Shown here in pieces: positions 51,199-61,980 of a stretch of DNA of 64,000 nt. The notes beneath the pieces were generated by a model. It made no database searches. It saw only the letters and a list, made by a program, of their open reading frames with translations, and had not been told where the DNA came from. The stretch is from Syntrophales bacterium (GTDB taxonomy: Bacteria > Desulfobacterota > Syntrophia > Syntrophales > UBA2210). Position numbers and translations under genes: made by a program. The stretch lies in NCBI GenBank assembly GCA_963666365.2, contig CAXXNF010000001.1:1-64000 (forward strand), read 5' to 3'. Every line of letters starts with the position of its first letter. Within the stretch, counting starts at the first letter, position 1.

Positions 51199-52818
51199 TT
51201 ATCCCGCTTTTTTACCCAGTTTTCTTTTGACCAGGTCCACGACTACGCGCATTTCGCTTCCCCCGAGCATAAAGGAGGCCGTCACGAACACAGTGCCGCC
51301 CACCACCACCGCAATGATCAATGTAAAAATTCGCCCCATCAAATCACCGGCCACACACCACTCCATGAAAAACAGGACCGCGATGATCGCCGCCCCCATG
51401 ATCAGCGAAGCAACAATGCCCCTTGCCGCAGCCCGGAGAAAATCATCTTCAAAGAAAGGGCCGATTTTTTTACGGAGGATGAGCACCAATACGGTGATAT
51501 TCACTGACGAGGCAATCGAAACGGCAAGGGCAAGACCGCCATGTTGGAGGGGGCCCATAAGGATCAGGCTTGCAATTACATTAACGATGAAGGCAAGAAA
51601 GGCGACTTTTACCGGTGTTTTTGTATCCTGTAGTGCATAGAAGGCCGACACAACAACCCGGATGCCCGAAAAGGCCCAGAGCCCCAATGTGTAAAATAAC
51701 AGCGCGTCGGCGGTGCGGATTGTTGCTGAAGCGTCGAAGCGTCCATGCTGAAAGAGCACCGATATGATGGGAATCCGAAGCGCAATGAAGGCAACCATAC
51801 AAGGAATGGTGACAAAAAGAATGATTCTGAGTGAAAAAGAAATGGTCCGCTTCAACTCCCCGTAATCGCCCCGTGCGGCCTGATCTGAAAAGCTGGGAAG
51901 CGATGCCGTTCCCACGGCGAGGGCGAACACTCCCAGCGGAAGCTGAACAATGCGGTCGGCGTAATAGAGGTACGATACGCTTCCGCTGGGCAAAAAAGAC
52001 GCCAGAAGGGTGCCCACAAATAGGTTGATCTGGTATACGGCGGCGCCGAAAAGGGCGGGAAGCATCAGAAGGCTGATACGTGCTACCCCGGGATGCGTGA
52101 AGTGAAAATCCGGCCGCAATCTTACCCCCATTCTCGAGAGGGCGGGAAACTGCACGACCAGCTGAAGGACCCCTCCGATGAGTACTCCTACGGCAAGGGC
52201 CACTACCGGCTCTCTGAAACAGTCTCTGAGAAAGAGGGCCGCGGCAATGATGGCGATATTCAACAGCACCGGTGAAAGGGCCGGCGTGGCAAAATGGCGA
52301 AGAGAGTTCAAAATCCCCATGCAGAGGGCGACGAGCGACATGAAAAATATATAGGGAAACATAAGCCGCGTGAGAAATACCGTCAATTGGTATTTTGCGG
52401 GATCGTCGCCGAAACCGAAGGCGATCAGCTTTACAATCCAGGGAGCAAGCAATACTCCCGCAACCGACACACAGGCAAGGATGATCGACAGGAGCGTCAT
52501 CGCCACATTCGCAAGCTCGAAGGCGCTTTTTTTCGAATGCCGTTTCAGATACTCCGTAAAGACGGGCACAAAGGCAATGGTCAATGATCCCTCTGCGAGG
52601 ATGCTTCGCAGAAGATTGGGTATTCTGAAGGCGACGAAGAAGGCATCCGTCGCGAAACCGGCCCCGAAGAAGGCCGCAACGACCATATCGCGAAGAAAGC
52701 CGAAAATCCGACTGAGCAGCGTTCCAAGCCCCACCACTCCGGCCGCTTTGACGACTCGGGATCGCTCGCTTTCTTTGATGTGCTCACTTTCGGATGAGGA
52801 AATACCTTGATGAGTCAT
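51199..52818 (-). CDS. murJ: Lipid II flippase MurJ (MviN)
   Basis: SRIFGFLRD, DAFFVAFRIPNLLR..AEG and YYADRIVQLPLG. Confidence 0.96.
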   Translation of the reverse strand: MTHQGISSSESEHIKESERSRVVKAAGVVGLGTLLSRIFGFLRDMVVAAFFGAGFATDAFFVAFRIPNLLRSILAEGSLTIAFVPVFTEYLKRHSKKSAFELANVAMTLLSIILACVSVAGVLLAPWIVKLIAFGFGDDPAKYQLTVFLTRLMFPYIFFMSLVALCMGILNSLRHFATPALSPVLLNIAIIAAALFLRDCFREPVVALAVGVLIGGVLQLVVQFPALSRMGVRLRPDFHFTHPGVARISLLMLPALFGAAVYQINLFVGTLLASFLPSGSVSYLYYADRIVQLPLGVFALAVGTASLPSFSDQAARGDYGELKRTISFSLRIILFVTIPCMVAFIALRIPIISVLFQHGRFDASATIRTADALLFYTLGLWAFSGIRVVVSAFYALQDTKTPVKVAFLAFIVNVIASLILMGPLQHGGLALAVSIASSVNITVLVLILRKKIGPFFEDDFLRAAARGIVASLIMGAAIIAVLFFMEWCVAGDLMGRIFTLIIAVVVGGTVFVTASFMLGGSEMRVVVDLVKRKLGKKAG

Positions 52819-53105
52819 AACGAGGAGATGACGGACTCAATGTCGCTCTTTGCAATTCCCATAATGGCAATCCGTTTATTTTTCGAGCTCGCGCCCCCGG
52901 TGATAACGATCTGTTTTCGTGCCACACCAAAGAGGCCGGAAAGAAATCGAATACATTCTTCGTTGGCCTTTCCCTCAACGGGCGGAGCGGTGATCCTCAA
53001 CTTAAGGGCATCACCCTGAATTCCTACAATCGCGGACTTTGATGATCGTGGGATGACCCGCACATTGAAGACAATGCCTTCCTTGGTTTCGTTGATCTCA
53101 AGCAC
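52815..53105 (-). CDS. DUF167/YggU family protein
   Basis: VRVIPRSS...LKLRITAPPVEGKAN. Confidence 0.92.
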   Translation of the reverse strand: MLEINETKEGIVFNVRVIPRSSKSAIVGIQGDALKLRITAPPVEGKANEECIRFLSGLFGVARKQIVITGGASSKNKRIAIMGIAKSDIESVISSL

Positions 53106-53107
53106 AG

Positions 53108-53533
53108 TTATTCGGCAGATCCCTTGTTCCAGGTTCTGAGTAATTCTATGTTGAATTTGAGAAAGGAGTCAAAATAGGCTTCTAGGCTTTTCTTCTCGGT
53201 TTTAAGCTGGGCTACTCGATGCCCCAACCGCTCTGCCTCGTTGTGCGCAGCCTCCAGCATCTTGTTGGTCGTTTCCTGAGCCTTGGCAATCATTTCTTCA
53301 CAACGAAGATGCGTCTCTTCCACCTCGCGCCTGCGCGTCGCCTCCGCATCTTTGTATTCAGCTACAATCACTTCCATTTCAGCAATTTTCTGCTTCAGCG
53401 ACCGGTTTTCCCTGGTCTGATCCTCTAGTTCATCCGCAACGAGGCGCAGAAAATTTTCAACTTCCGTTGTATCAAAGCCCCTGAATCGGACTTTAAACAT
53501 CTGGCTGCTGACATCCAGTGGAGAAATCTTCAT
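53108..53533 (-). CDS. DivIVA domain protein
   Basis: MKISPLDV...FKVRFRGFD..EVENFL followed by coiled coil. Confidence 0.9.
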   Translation of the reverse strand: MKISPLDVSSQMFKVRFRGFDTTEVENFLRLVADELEDQTRENRSLKQKIAEMEVIVAEYKDAEATRRREVEETHLRCEEMIAKAQETTNKMLEAAHNEAERLGHRVAQLKTEKKSLEAYFDSFLKFNIELLRTWNKGSAE

Positions 53534-53545
53534 AGATACACCTCG

Positions 53546-53845
53546 TTATTTAAAGTAGAGCGCAATCTGCAGCAGGCTTTTCACCAAAAAGCTCTGAATG
53601 AAAATAATCACCAGTATGACTATGATCGGCGATATGTCGATTCCGATTCCTCTCAGGGGTATCCATCGCCTGACGTAGTACAGAACCGGTTCCGTGGCAC
53701 GATAGAGGAATCGTACGATGGGATTGTAGGGGTCGGGATTCACCCACGAAATGAGCGCCCTGATAATGATAAGCCACATGTAAATCGTAAGGGCGATGTC
53801 AACGATTCTTGCTATCGCACCGATAAAATTTCCTATCACAAACAT
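53546..53845 (-). CDS. YggT family membrane protein
   Basis: IRALISWVNPDPYNPIVRFLYRATEPVL...IDISP. Confidence 0.93.
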   Translation of the reverse strand: MFVIGNFIGAIARIVDIALTIYMWLIIIRALISWVNPDPYNPIVRFLYRATEPVLYYVRRWIPLRGIGIDISPIIVILVIIFIQSFLVKSLLQIALYFK

Positions 53846-53999
53846 CCTTCGTCCTTGCGGGAATAATATAAGCTTTCGGTTTAAATAATGATTGCTCATT
53901 TAAAAGTCAAGGGTTATATTGTAACGGTTATTTGCGGTTCCACCCGTGATCGGGCCGGGCACACTGATCTGCAAAGAAAAAATAGAGGCGGCCATTTAC

Positions 54000-54821
54000 A
54001 TGATACAAGAAAAACGCATCGGCATTATCGGCGCCGGCACTATGGGCGAAGTGCTTACCAAGGCCCTTATTTCCGGCTGTTCGGTTTCACCCGAGCATAT
54101 CACGCTTGCCGACATTGAAGGACATCGTCTGGAACAGCTTCATGCTGACTACGGCATTCAGACAACAACCGACAACAGTCGCGCAATTGAAGGAGCGGAC
54201 ATTCTGATCCTCGCCGTAAAGCCCCAGATTCTCGGCACGGTTCTCAACGGCATTGCCGGCATCCTGGAAACGGAAACACTTGTGGTTTCTATCGCAGCGG
54301 GCATCGCTATTGTAACTATTGAAGAGTCTTTAGGCCCGGCACACCGGGTTATTCGGGTTATGCCCAACACCCCCGCAATGATCGGTCAGGGCGCTACGGC
54401 AATCGCCGCAGGCCGAAACGCCCGTGAAGAAGACCTGGCAATAGTGCGCCGGATTTTCGATGCCGTGGGACTCACGGTCACGGTTGACGAAGATCTTATG
54501 GACGCGGTTACCGGTCTCAGCGGAAGCGGTCCCGCCTACGGTTTCATAATTATTGAAGCCCTTGCCGACGCGGGCGTCAACATGGGACTTCCCAGGGGCA
54601 TCGCTTTGAAGCTCGCCTCACAGACAATGCTGGGCGCGGCCCAATTCTGTCTGAACGGCGACAAAACACCGTCGCAGCTGAAAGACATGGTAACCTCTCC
54701 CGGCGGCACCACCATCGAAGGGATCAAGGCCCTTGAACGGGGAAGATTGCGCGCCACACTCATGGACGCCGTTGAAGCGGCAACGAATAGATCGATGGCA
54801 CTGGGCAAAAAGAAACCCTGA
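54000..54821 (+). CDS. proC: Pyrroline-5-carboxylate reductase
   Basis: IGAGTMG, LAVKPQ, RVMPNTP, GLSGSGPAY and VTSPGGTT. Confidence 0.97.
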   Translation: MIQEKRIGIIGAGTMGEVLTKALISGCSVSPEHITLADIEGHRLEQLHADYGIQTTTDNSRAIEGADILILAVKPQILGTVLNGIAGILETETLVVSIAAGIAIVTIEESLGPAHRVIRVMPNTPAMIGQGATAIAAGRNAREEDLAIVRRIFDAVGLTVTVDEDLMDAVTGLSGSGPAYGFIIIEALADAGVNMGLPRGIALKLASQTMLGAAQFCLNGDKTPSQLKDMVTSPGGTTIEGIKALERGRLRATLMDAVEAATNRSMALGKKKP

Positions 54822-54880
54822 TCTATCCTGAAACGAAAGAGGGAGAAAAGAAAGAGCTCATCGGAAAGCATGAGAATACC

Positions 54881-55357
54881 ATGGGAACCGAACCACATAT
54901 AGTACAAACTGTAACTGTACGGGGCATGACTATCGATGATCTTCCCAGGGTCTTTCACCTGGGAGAAAAACTGTTCACCCTGCAGAGATTTCCCAACCTC
55001 TACCGTGTGTGGGATGAATTCGAGGTTATCGACACCTTCTCGGGAAATCCCGACCACTGTTTTGTGGCCGTCGACGCCGCCGATCGGGTCGTAGGATTTT
55101 TTCTGGCCAGCATCATCGAAAAAAGGCATTCGCCCCGCTACGGCTACCTGAAGTGGCTCGGCGTGGACAAGGCCTACGAGGGACAAGGCATCGCACAGCA
55201 TCTTTTCACCACCTTTTATGCGATTATGGAAAATGAAGAAATACCCATGCTCCTGGTCGATACGGAAGCGATCAACACACGGGCGCTTCGTTTTTTTGAG
55301 AGACAGGGGTTCAGTTCTCCCCGCGATCATTTTTTCCTAACGCTGAAATTAAAATGA
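54881..55357 (+). CDS. GNAT family N-acetyltransferase
   Basis: YLKWLGVDKAYEGQGIA...VDTEAINTRALRFFERQGF. Confidence 0.88.
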   Translation: MGTEPHIVQTVTVRGMTIDDLPRVFHLGEKLFTLQRFPNLYRVWDEFEVIDTFSGNPDHCFVAVDAADRVVGFFLASIIEKRHSPRYGYLKWLGVDKAYEGQGIAQHLFTTFYAIMENEEIPMLLVDTEAINTRALRFFERQGFSSPRDHFFLTLKLK

Positions 55358-55376
55358 ATATACCGGACGTTTTGTA

Positions 55377-56459
55377 ATGGGCATGCACTCAGAATATATA
55401 ATTAACGATGCGCGTTTGGGGTCCCTCCTGCGAGACATGGTCGATATCTACAGTCCGTCATGGAAAGAGGAGGAACTGACCGATTTTCTCTATTCGTACC
55501 TCTCCCGCGCCGGCATTCATCCCGTCAGGCAATCCGTAGACGAAACAAGAGCCAATCTTCTCATACTCCCCGAAAAGGGCGCGGCCGATGTTTTTTTCAT
55601 CGGTCACATAGACACGGTCCCTGCCTTCGATTATGAACGATTCAAATCGGATCAGCAGGATGATCGGATCAGCGGACTGGGTGCCGCTGACATGAAAGGC
55701 GGTTGCGCCGCCATGATCGAGGCCTTTTGCACCTTTGCCGAAAACGACGGCCCACGATTTCCCGCCGCACTGGCACTGGTGGTGGGAGAAGAAGAAGGGG
55801 GCGATGGCATCCTGGCCTTTTTGAAGGATTTCAGCCCTTCCTGGGCAATCGTAGGAGAACCGACGAATCTCGTTCCCTGTCTGGGACACTTCGGCTACCT
55901 GGAACTTCTCCTGAAAACATCGGGGAGAAGGGTGCATGCATCCCTCGCCGGCCCCGAAGAAAACGCCGTTCGGACCATGCTTGAACTCCTCCTGAAACTG
56001 ACACAGCATTTGAACGAAGCACGGGGTGACGTGGTCTACAATATACGTGATGTGAGCAGTTCACAGGCCGGCTTTGCCGTACCCGACCTTTGCGAGGCCT
56101 CGGTAGATCTCCATGTACCGCCTCATTTTCACATTGGAGAACTCGCCGTCGAGCTGGAAGAAATTGCGGAAGGCGCATCGTCTCTGTCAACGATACATTC
56201 AGGCTATCTTCTACCGGACAAAGGTATGGTCCCCGACATACTGAAGGATAGTTTTACCAGAGGGAACCTCCCCTGGAACCCCGGTCTTTTTCGAAGCGAT
56301 TCCGATGCCAATCTCCTCTGGCAGGAAGGGGTCAAACCGGTTATTCTGGGTCCCGGGGAGCTCGAAAAGGCTCACACCCAGGAGGAATGCATATCGTTCA
56401 GCCAAGTCGTCGCGGCATCACGCATCTATCTCGACGCACTGCTTTCAATGAAGTCATGA
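55377..56459 (+). CDS. M20 family metallohydrolase (ArgE/DapE-like)
   Basis: GHIDTV, GLGAADMKGG, VGEEEGGDG, GEPT and GPG...AHT.EE. Confidence 0.9.
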   Translation: MGMHSEYIINDARLGSLLRDMVDIYSPSWKEEELTDFLYSYLSRAGIHPVRQSVDETRANLLILPEKGAADVFFIGHIDTVPAFDYERFKSDQQDDRISGLGAADMKGGCAAMIEAFCTFAENDGPRFPAALALVVGEEEGGDGILAFLKDFSPSWAIVGEPTNLVPCLGHFGYLELLLKTSGRRVHASLAGPEENAVRTMLELLLKLTQHLNEARGDVVYNIRDVSSSQAGFAVPDLCEASVDLHVPPHFHIGELAVELEEIAEGASSLSTIHSGYLLPDKGMVPDILKDSFTRGNLPWNPGLFRSDSDANLLWQEGVKPVILGPGELEKAHTQEECISFSQVVAASRIYLDALLSMKS

Positions 56460-56507
56460 AATAGAGCCTGCCTGCACTTCTGCACAAAACGGTTTTTGTG
56501 AGACCTT

Positions 56508-58307
56508 TCAGATTTTAAGCAGGTTGTAAAAGCGGGTTATGATGCCTCTTTTTTCTTTCTGCTCCTCCGTTTCTTCCTCAGGCAATGAAGGCGGCGCCAG
56601 GTCTTTTTCCATGTCTTTTTCCATGCCTTTTCCCAGATCCTTTTCCACATTTCCTGCCGCCTCCGCGTCAGGTTCCTCCGAGGGCGCAGTTTCGCTATCT
56701 GCCGTAGGAGCGACCTCGGGCTGCGCGGCCGTTGTTTTCGGCTTTCTCCTTCTGCTTCGCCTCCTCGGTTTGGATGTCCGCTCTTCTCCGCTCTTCTCCT
56801 CCCGCTCGATGCCCTCTTTTTTCACCTGACCGTTGACGACAGCCTCCTGAGGCTCCATCATTGCCGGTTCTCTCTTTATTACCTTGAACTGAGACTCGGG
56901 CCAGTGCATGTCCGTGCTTCCGAAAACCCGCACTGCCACATCGTAGGTCTGTTCAAGCTTGCTGATCTCACGTCTCTTGTAATTGAGCAAATAGGAAGCC
57001 ACGTCTGAGGGAAGGGTAATTTCGATCTCCGATGCGTCCCGTCTGACAGCTTCCGACTTGATCTTTCGATAAGTGCTCAAGGCCAGATACTCGATTGAAG
57101 GCACCCAGCCGCTTCCCTTGCAGTGGGCGCAGGTGGTGTAGCTGATTTCCTGAATGGTCGACTGTTTTTTCTGTCGGGAAAGTTCGAGAATGCCGAATTT
57201 TGAGATCTTTGCAAGCTGTATCCGCGAACGATCGCTTTTAAGCGCATTTTTAAAGGTCCGCTCCACCTCCATATTGTGCTTGCGATCCATCATGTCGATG
57301 AAGTCGATGACGATCAGCCCGCCCAGATCACGCAATCTCAACTGTTTCGCGATTTCTTCGGCCGCTTCGAGATTCGTCCTGAAGGCGGTTTCTTCTGCGT
57401 CCCGTTTATTCAAGCGTCCTGAATTTACATCAATGGTAATGACCGCCTCGGTGGGTTCGATTACAAGCGACCCGCCCGATTTCAATTCCACCCTCTCTCT
57501 GTAGATCGCATTGATCTGTTCTTCCACTTTAAATTTGTCGAATATGGGCGTCTCTCCGCGGTACTGTTTTACGGACTTGACGCTTCGTGGCGAAACAGCC
57601 TTGCAGTAGGCCTTCATTTTCTTAAGAGTTTCACTGTTATCCACGAGGATTTCATCGATGTCGGAAGAAAAATAATCGCGCAGCACCCTCACGGCAAATT
57701 CACTTTCCTTATAAACCAGGGCGGGCGCAGCAGAACTCTCGGCTTTCTTCTCAATATCCTTCCAGAGCCGAGCCAGCATCTGGTAATCCCGCAACAGTTC
57801 CTGTTTGGTCCGATTTATACCCGCGGTACGCACGATAAACCCCATGCTCTCCTTCTGGCTTATTTCGTCCATGAACTGTTTGAGCTTTTTGCGGTCTGCC
57901 TCGCTTTCGATCTTCCTTGATACGCCCCGACTTTCTTTGTTCGGCATCAGAACGAGGTACCGTCCCGGCAGGGAAACGTAGGTTGTCAGCATTGCGCCTT
58001 TCGCACCTTTTTCTTCTCTCACCACCTGAACGAAAAGATTTGTTCCTACCTTGAGGGCGCCATCGCTCTCCAGATAGGTAGGGCTTACATCGCGCAGGGG
58101 AAGAAACCCGCTTTTTCCCGCTCCGTAATCGACGAAGGCCGCTCTCAACCCCCGCTGAATATTACGCACCACCGCCTTATAGACATTCCCCGTAATGGGT
58201 TCCCTCATGGACATTTTTATGCTGTATTCGGTCAACTGACCGTCTTCGACGATGGCCATCCGGCTTTCTTCTTCGTCAATTGTATTGATAAGCATTTGCT
58301 TGGTCAT
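56508..58307 (-). CDS. rne: Ribonuclease E/G family
   Basis: GNVYKA, AAFVDYG, LPGRYLVLMP, IDVNSG, LRLRDLGGLIVIDFIDM, with a disordered Arg/Glu-rich tail. Confidence 0.93.
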   Translation of the reverse strand: MTKQMLINTIDEEESRMAIVEDGQLTEYSIKMSMREPITGNVYKAVVRNIQRGLRAAFVDYGAGKSGFLPLRDVSPTYLESDGALKVGTNLFVQVVREEKGAKGAMLTTYVSLPGRYLVLMPNKESRGVSRKIESEADRKKLKQFMDEISQKESMGFIVRTAGINRTKQELLRDYQMLARLWKDIEKKAESSAAPALVYKESEFAVRVLRDYFSSDIDEILVDNSETLKKMKAYCKAVSPRSVKSVKQYRGETPIFDKFKVEEQINAIYRERVELKSGGSLVIEPTEAVITIDVNSGRLNKRDAEETAFRTNLEAAEEIAKQLRLRDLGGLIVIDFIDMMDRKHNMEVERTFKNALKSDRSRIQLAKISKFGILELSRQKKQSTIQEISYTTCAHCKGSGWVPSIEYLALSTYRKIKSEAVRRDASEIEITLPSDVASYLLNYKRREISKLEQTYDVAVRVFGSTDMHWPESQFKVIKREPAMMEPQEAVVNGQVKKEGIEREEKSGEERTSKPRRRSRRRKPKTTAAQPEVAPTADSETAPSEEPDAEAAGNVEKDLGKGMEKDMEKDLAPPSLPEEETEEQKEKRGIITRFYNLLKI

Positions 58308-58319
58308 AATTATTCCTTC

Positions 58320-58937
58320 CTACACACTCCCATAGAAGATAGAAACATCGCCACGCCCTTCCCTGATGATTTCGGGCGTCTCGTCCACAAGGCTTACCAC
58401 GCTGGAGAGCTCCGCACCTACAATCCCACCATCAATGACTAGATCTACCGCATACCGGTACACTGCTTCCATGTCGGCCGGATCAGTCATAATTTCGCCG
58501 TCCTCGCTCTTTACACTGGTGCTGATGATGGGACGGCCGAATTCCTTTACCAGGGCGAGACATATCTGATTGTCGGGAACCCTGATACCGACTTCCTTTC
58601 TTTTCGGCAAGAGAATCTTCGGCACCATGCGCGACGCCCCCAGCACAAAGGTATATGGTCCGGGGAGAAGGTGTCTCATCAGTTTGTAAGCATAATTGGG
58701 AACGACTGCGTAGTTGCTTATGTCGCTCAAATCGGCGCAGACGAAACTAAAGGGTTGATTTCTGCTTCTTCGTTTTATTTCGTATATTTTTTCAATGCTC
58801 CGTTTGTTAAAAAGATCGCACCCGAGTCCATACACGGTATCAGTGGGATAGATAATGATCCCCCCTTCATTGAGAATGTCAACCGCTTTTCTGATTAAAC
58901 GCATTTGCGGATTATCTTTGTGTATCGTGAATATCAT
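58320..58937 (-). CDS. Sua5/YciO/YrdC family threonylcarbamoyl-AMP synthase
   Basis: YPTDTVYGLGC, LPGPYTF, GIRVPD and PIISTS. Confidence 0.93.
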   Translation of the reverse strand: MIFTIHKDNPQMRLIRKAVDILNEGGIIIYPTDTVYGLGCDLFNKRSIEKIYEIKRRSRNQPFSFVCADLSDISNYAVVPNYAYKLMRHLLPGPYTFVLGASRMVPKILLPKRKEVGIRVPDNQICLALVKEFGRPIISTSVKSEDGEIMTDPADMEAVYRYAVDLVIDGGIVGAELSSVVSLVDETPEIIREGRGDVSIFYGSV

Positions 58938-59091
58938 CGGGCACTATCTCTCAGCTCTTCCCCAGCACATTTTTTACTTGCTGCAACCGGGCGAAGATGA
59001 ATAGCGAAAAACGTCTAAACCTATCCGTATTTCGGCATGCTGTCAACATCTTTCCACTGCCCGGATATCGAGGCGCCGCAGGCACCCTGCA

Positions 59092-60771
59092 TCAGATGAC
59101 CACCTCGTCTATCTGCGAAGGCGAAAGTTCCTTTTCGGCATAGGCGAGATACACTTTTTCCTTTACAAACAGATCGACTATGTCCCCATCGATGTGGTTA
59201 TCTTTCACCATGAATCCGAGGATTTTCAAAGCGCCTGAAAGCGTGTTCGCTGTGCGGTAGGGACGGTCCGGGGCGGTAATTGCTTCAAAAATGTCAGCCA
59301 CCGCCATGATCCTGGACTGAAGCGGTATTTCGTCGCCTTTCAGCCCCCAGGGATATCCACTGCCGTTGATACATTCGTGATGCGTTGACGCATATTCGGG
59401 CACACGTTTTAGTTTTTTTGGAAAAGGCAACTGGGAAAGCATTTTGTGAGTAATAGTCACATGACTATTGATGACTCGTCGCTCCTCATCGGTAAGCGTG
59501 CCTTTTCTGACGGAGAGATTCTTTATTTCTTCCTCATTGAGCAGGGGCATTTTATTGCCGTCAACAGACCAGGTTCTGCAGGCAATCGATTGGATGCGCT
59601 CGATGGATTCATCGGACATGAATTCCCCGCCCTGATTTGCACGGGCGATGAATTCATAATCGTCCTGAATTCTGCTCAGTTCATCGTCGCAATCGACGGC
59701 CCCCCCGCCCTCTTCTGTCGACACATCTCCCGTTACGATTGCCTTTTTGAGACGGGCAATCTCCACATCCCTTTTCATTAATTCGAAGCGGGTACGAAGC
59801 AGCTCGATGCGGTCGAAAAGTCCGTCCAGCTTCGTAGACTTATCCATCACGTACTCGGGCACGGCTACCTTTCCCACATCGTGAAGCCACGCAGCAATCC
59901 GGAGTTCGTTCATTTGATCGTCGTTGAGACGAACATTGCAAAACGGGCCTTCCTGCGCCTTGTTGACCGCCTCAGCAATCATCATGGTCAGTTCCACCAC
60001 CCTTCTTCCATGATCCCCTGTATAGGGCGACTTTTCGTCGATTGCCGTAGCGATGGTTTTTATAAATGCCTCGAAAAGCGTTTCCAGATCATGGATAAGG
60101 CGGTTGTTGGTCAGTGACACTGCCGCCTGAGATGCCAGTGACTCAGTTAACTCCTGACATTCAGGGGAAAAGGCAATAGTGGTTCCCGTAAAACGATCTC
60201 TGGCGTTGAGAAGCTGCAATACGCCGATGATGTCATTTTCATGATTACGCATGGGGACAACAAGCATGGATTGCGACCGGTAGCCTGTGGCGGCATCGAA
60301 TGTTCTGGTCCCTTCAAAGTTGAATCGGTCGGCATGATACACATCGGGAATGTTGACGACATTGCCGGAGAGCGCGGCATGGGAGGAAACGTTGGCATGA
60401 TTCGGATTGCCTGACTCATCGTAGAGATTGACCGGCGACCAGGTAATATCCCCCGATGTACCCCCCATTCTGGTTTTAAGTGATTCGTTCTGTACAATGG
60501 CAAAGCGCAATTTTTTTTCGTCGTCGCTTACGATATACAGTGTTCCCCCGTCGGCATTGGTAAATTGGCGCGCCTCGTCGACAATCATCTCGAGCAGGCG
60601 GCCGATGTTCCGTTCTGCAGAAAGCGCGGCACCGATTCGTGTCAGCCTCCGTATCTGCTCTCTCTGACTTTCCGTGAAATCGCGGACGGAGTCCACTACC
60701 GTGTTCAGCAGTCTGTTGATGTCGGCATTGCAGGTAAAATCAAACCCTTTGGATTCATGGGCATCATCCAT
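59092..60771 (-). CDS. GAF + HD-GYP c-di-GMP phosphodiesterase
   Basis: GAF (TGYRSQSMLVVPM...GVLQL), WLHDVGK, HHECINGSGYP and ADIFEAITA.DRPY. Confidence 0.92.
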   Translation of the reverse strand: MDDAHESKGFDFTCNADINRLLNTVVDSVRDFTESQREQIRRLTRIGAALSAERNIGRLLEMIVDEARQFTNADGGTLYIVSDDEKKLRFAIVQNESLKTRMGGTSGDITWSPVNLYDESGNPNHANVSSHAALSGNVVNIPDVYHADRFNFEGTRTFDAATGYRSQSMLVVPMRNHENDIIGVLQLLNARDRFTGTTIAFSPECQELTESLASQAAVSLTNNRLIHDLETLFEAFIKTIATAIDEKSPYTGDHGRRVVELTMMIAEAVNKAQEGPFCNVRLNDDQMNELRIAAWLHDVGKVAVPEYVMDKSTKLDGLFDRIELLRTRFELMKRDVEIARLKKAIVTGDVSTEEGGGAVDCDDELSRIQDDYEFIARANQGGEFMSDESIERIQSIACRTWSVDGNKMPLLNEEEIKNLSVRKGTLTDEERRVINSHVTITHKMLSQLPFPKKLKRVPEYASTHHECINGSGYPWGLKGDEIPLQSRIMAVADIFEAITAPDRPYRTANTLSGALKILGFMVKDNHIDGDIVDLFVKEKVYLAYAEKELSPSQIDEVVI

Positions 60772-61099
60772 CTTGTCCGTCCTTTCGCCTGTCGACCCCC
60801 CTCGGTCATTTTTTTTAAGAGAATAATTTTAAAAATTTATAGCACTGAATAATAATGCATTCAAGCCTTTAAGCGAATAGTGACCTATCGTTCCAATTAA
60901 CATATTGATAAAAAGCGATAAATCTGGCATGTATCGCAAATACTGCTGAGGATTAGAAACTATCCATTGACAAATATTGATCCATGTGTATGAAATACAG
61001 AACGCACTTTTTGGCTTTCAGCCGTAAAAGACGAGTGAATATCTCACAAAGCAATGCCCGATAGGGGCCGGATATCAATTATTGACAAGGAGGAAGAAA

Positions 61100-61882
61100 A
61101 TGGCGTACGAATATGAAAAGTTGGTAGTGGAACAGGATGGCATGGTAGTGATAGCGGCAATTAATCATCCGCCTGCAAATTCCATGGGCCAGGGTGTGTT
61201 AAGGGATATCAACGACCTGCTCGACAAGTGCGAAAATGACGATAATGTCAGGGTCATCGTGCTGACCGGCACGGGGGAGAAACTCTTCTCAGCCGGCGCC
61301 GACATTACGGAATTTGCAGATATTCAGGCAGGCAAAACTCCCAAGTACGACGGCAATGAAATTTATTTCAGAATCGAGAACTATCCGAAGGTCATAATCG
61401 CCGCGATTCAGGGCGGCGCCTACGGCGGCGGTCTCGAGCTGGCATGCTGCTGCCATCTGAGAGTCATGGCTGAAGAAGCCACGCTGGGGCTCCCCGAAGT
61501 GAAACTGGGCCTCAACCCGGGGTGGGGAGGCACACAGCGTCTTCCCAGGTTCATCGGAAAAACCAAGGCCCTCGAACTGATGTTGACGGGCGACTTCATG
61601 CCTGCAAAGGATGCCTTGACGCTGGGACTCCTGAATAAGGTAGTGCCGAAGGCTCAGGTACTGGAAGAAGCCAAGGCCCTGGCGAAGAAGCTTGCCGCCG
61701 GCGCCCCTGTGGCACAGCGTGAAATCATGAAAGCGGTAAGAGAAGGACTGGAAGCGAGTATTCGGGAAGGCGTTCTCGTAATCGAGCGTGGGGCAAGCGC
61801 GGCGCTGAGATATACGGAAGACTTTGCCGAAGGCTCCAGAGCATTCCTGGAGAAGAGAAAACCCAACTTCAAGGGACGCTAA
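61100..61882 (+). CDS. Enoyl-CoA hydratase/isomerase family
   Basis: FSAGADI, AYGGGLELA, LGLPEVKLG..PGWGGTQRL and AFLEKRKPNFKGR. Confidence 0.95.
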   Translation: MAYEYEKLVVEQDGMVVIAAINHPPANSMGQGVLRDINDLLDKCENDDNVRVIVLTGTGEKLFSAGADITEFADIQAGKTPKYDGNEIYFRIENYPKVIIAAIQGGAYGGGLELACCCHLRVMAEEATLGLPEVKLGLNPGWGGTQRLPRFIGKTKALELMLTGDFMPAKDALTLGLLNKVVPKAQVLEEAKALAKKLAAGAPVAQREIMKAVREGLEASIREGVLVIERGASAALRYTEDFAEGSRAFLEKRKPNFKGR

Positions 61883-61923
61883 CCGAATTTTTTTCTCGCC
61901 TCGCAGCGAGCACTTGAACACCT

Positions 61924-61956
61924 GTCCCTCCCCGCCAAGGGGAGGGACCTTTTATT
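61924..61956 (+). terminator. Intrinsic terminator
   Basis: GTCCCTCCCC-GCCAA-GGGGAGGGAC followed by CTTTTATT. Confidence 0.7.
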
Positions 61957-61980
61957 ACTGCTATGAAAAATTTTTTTACT

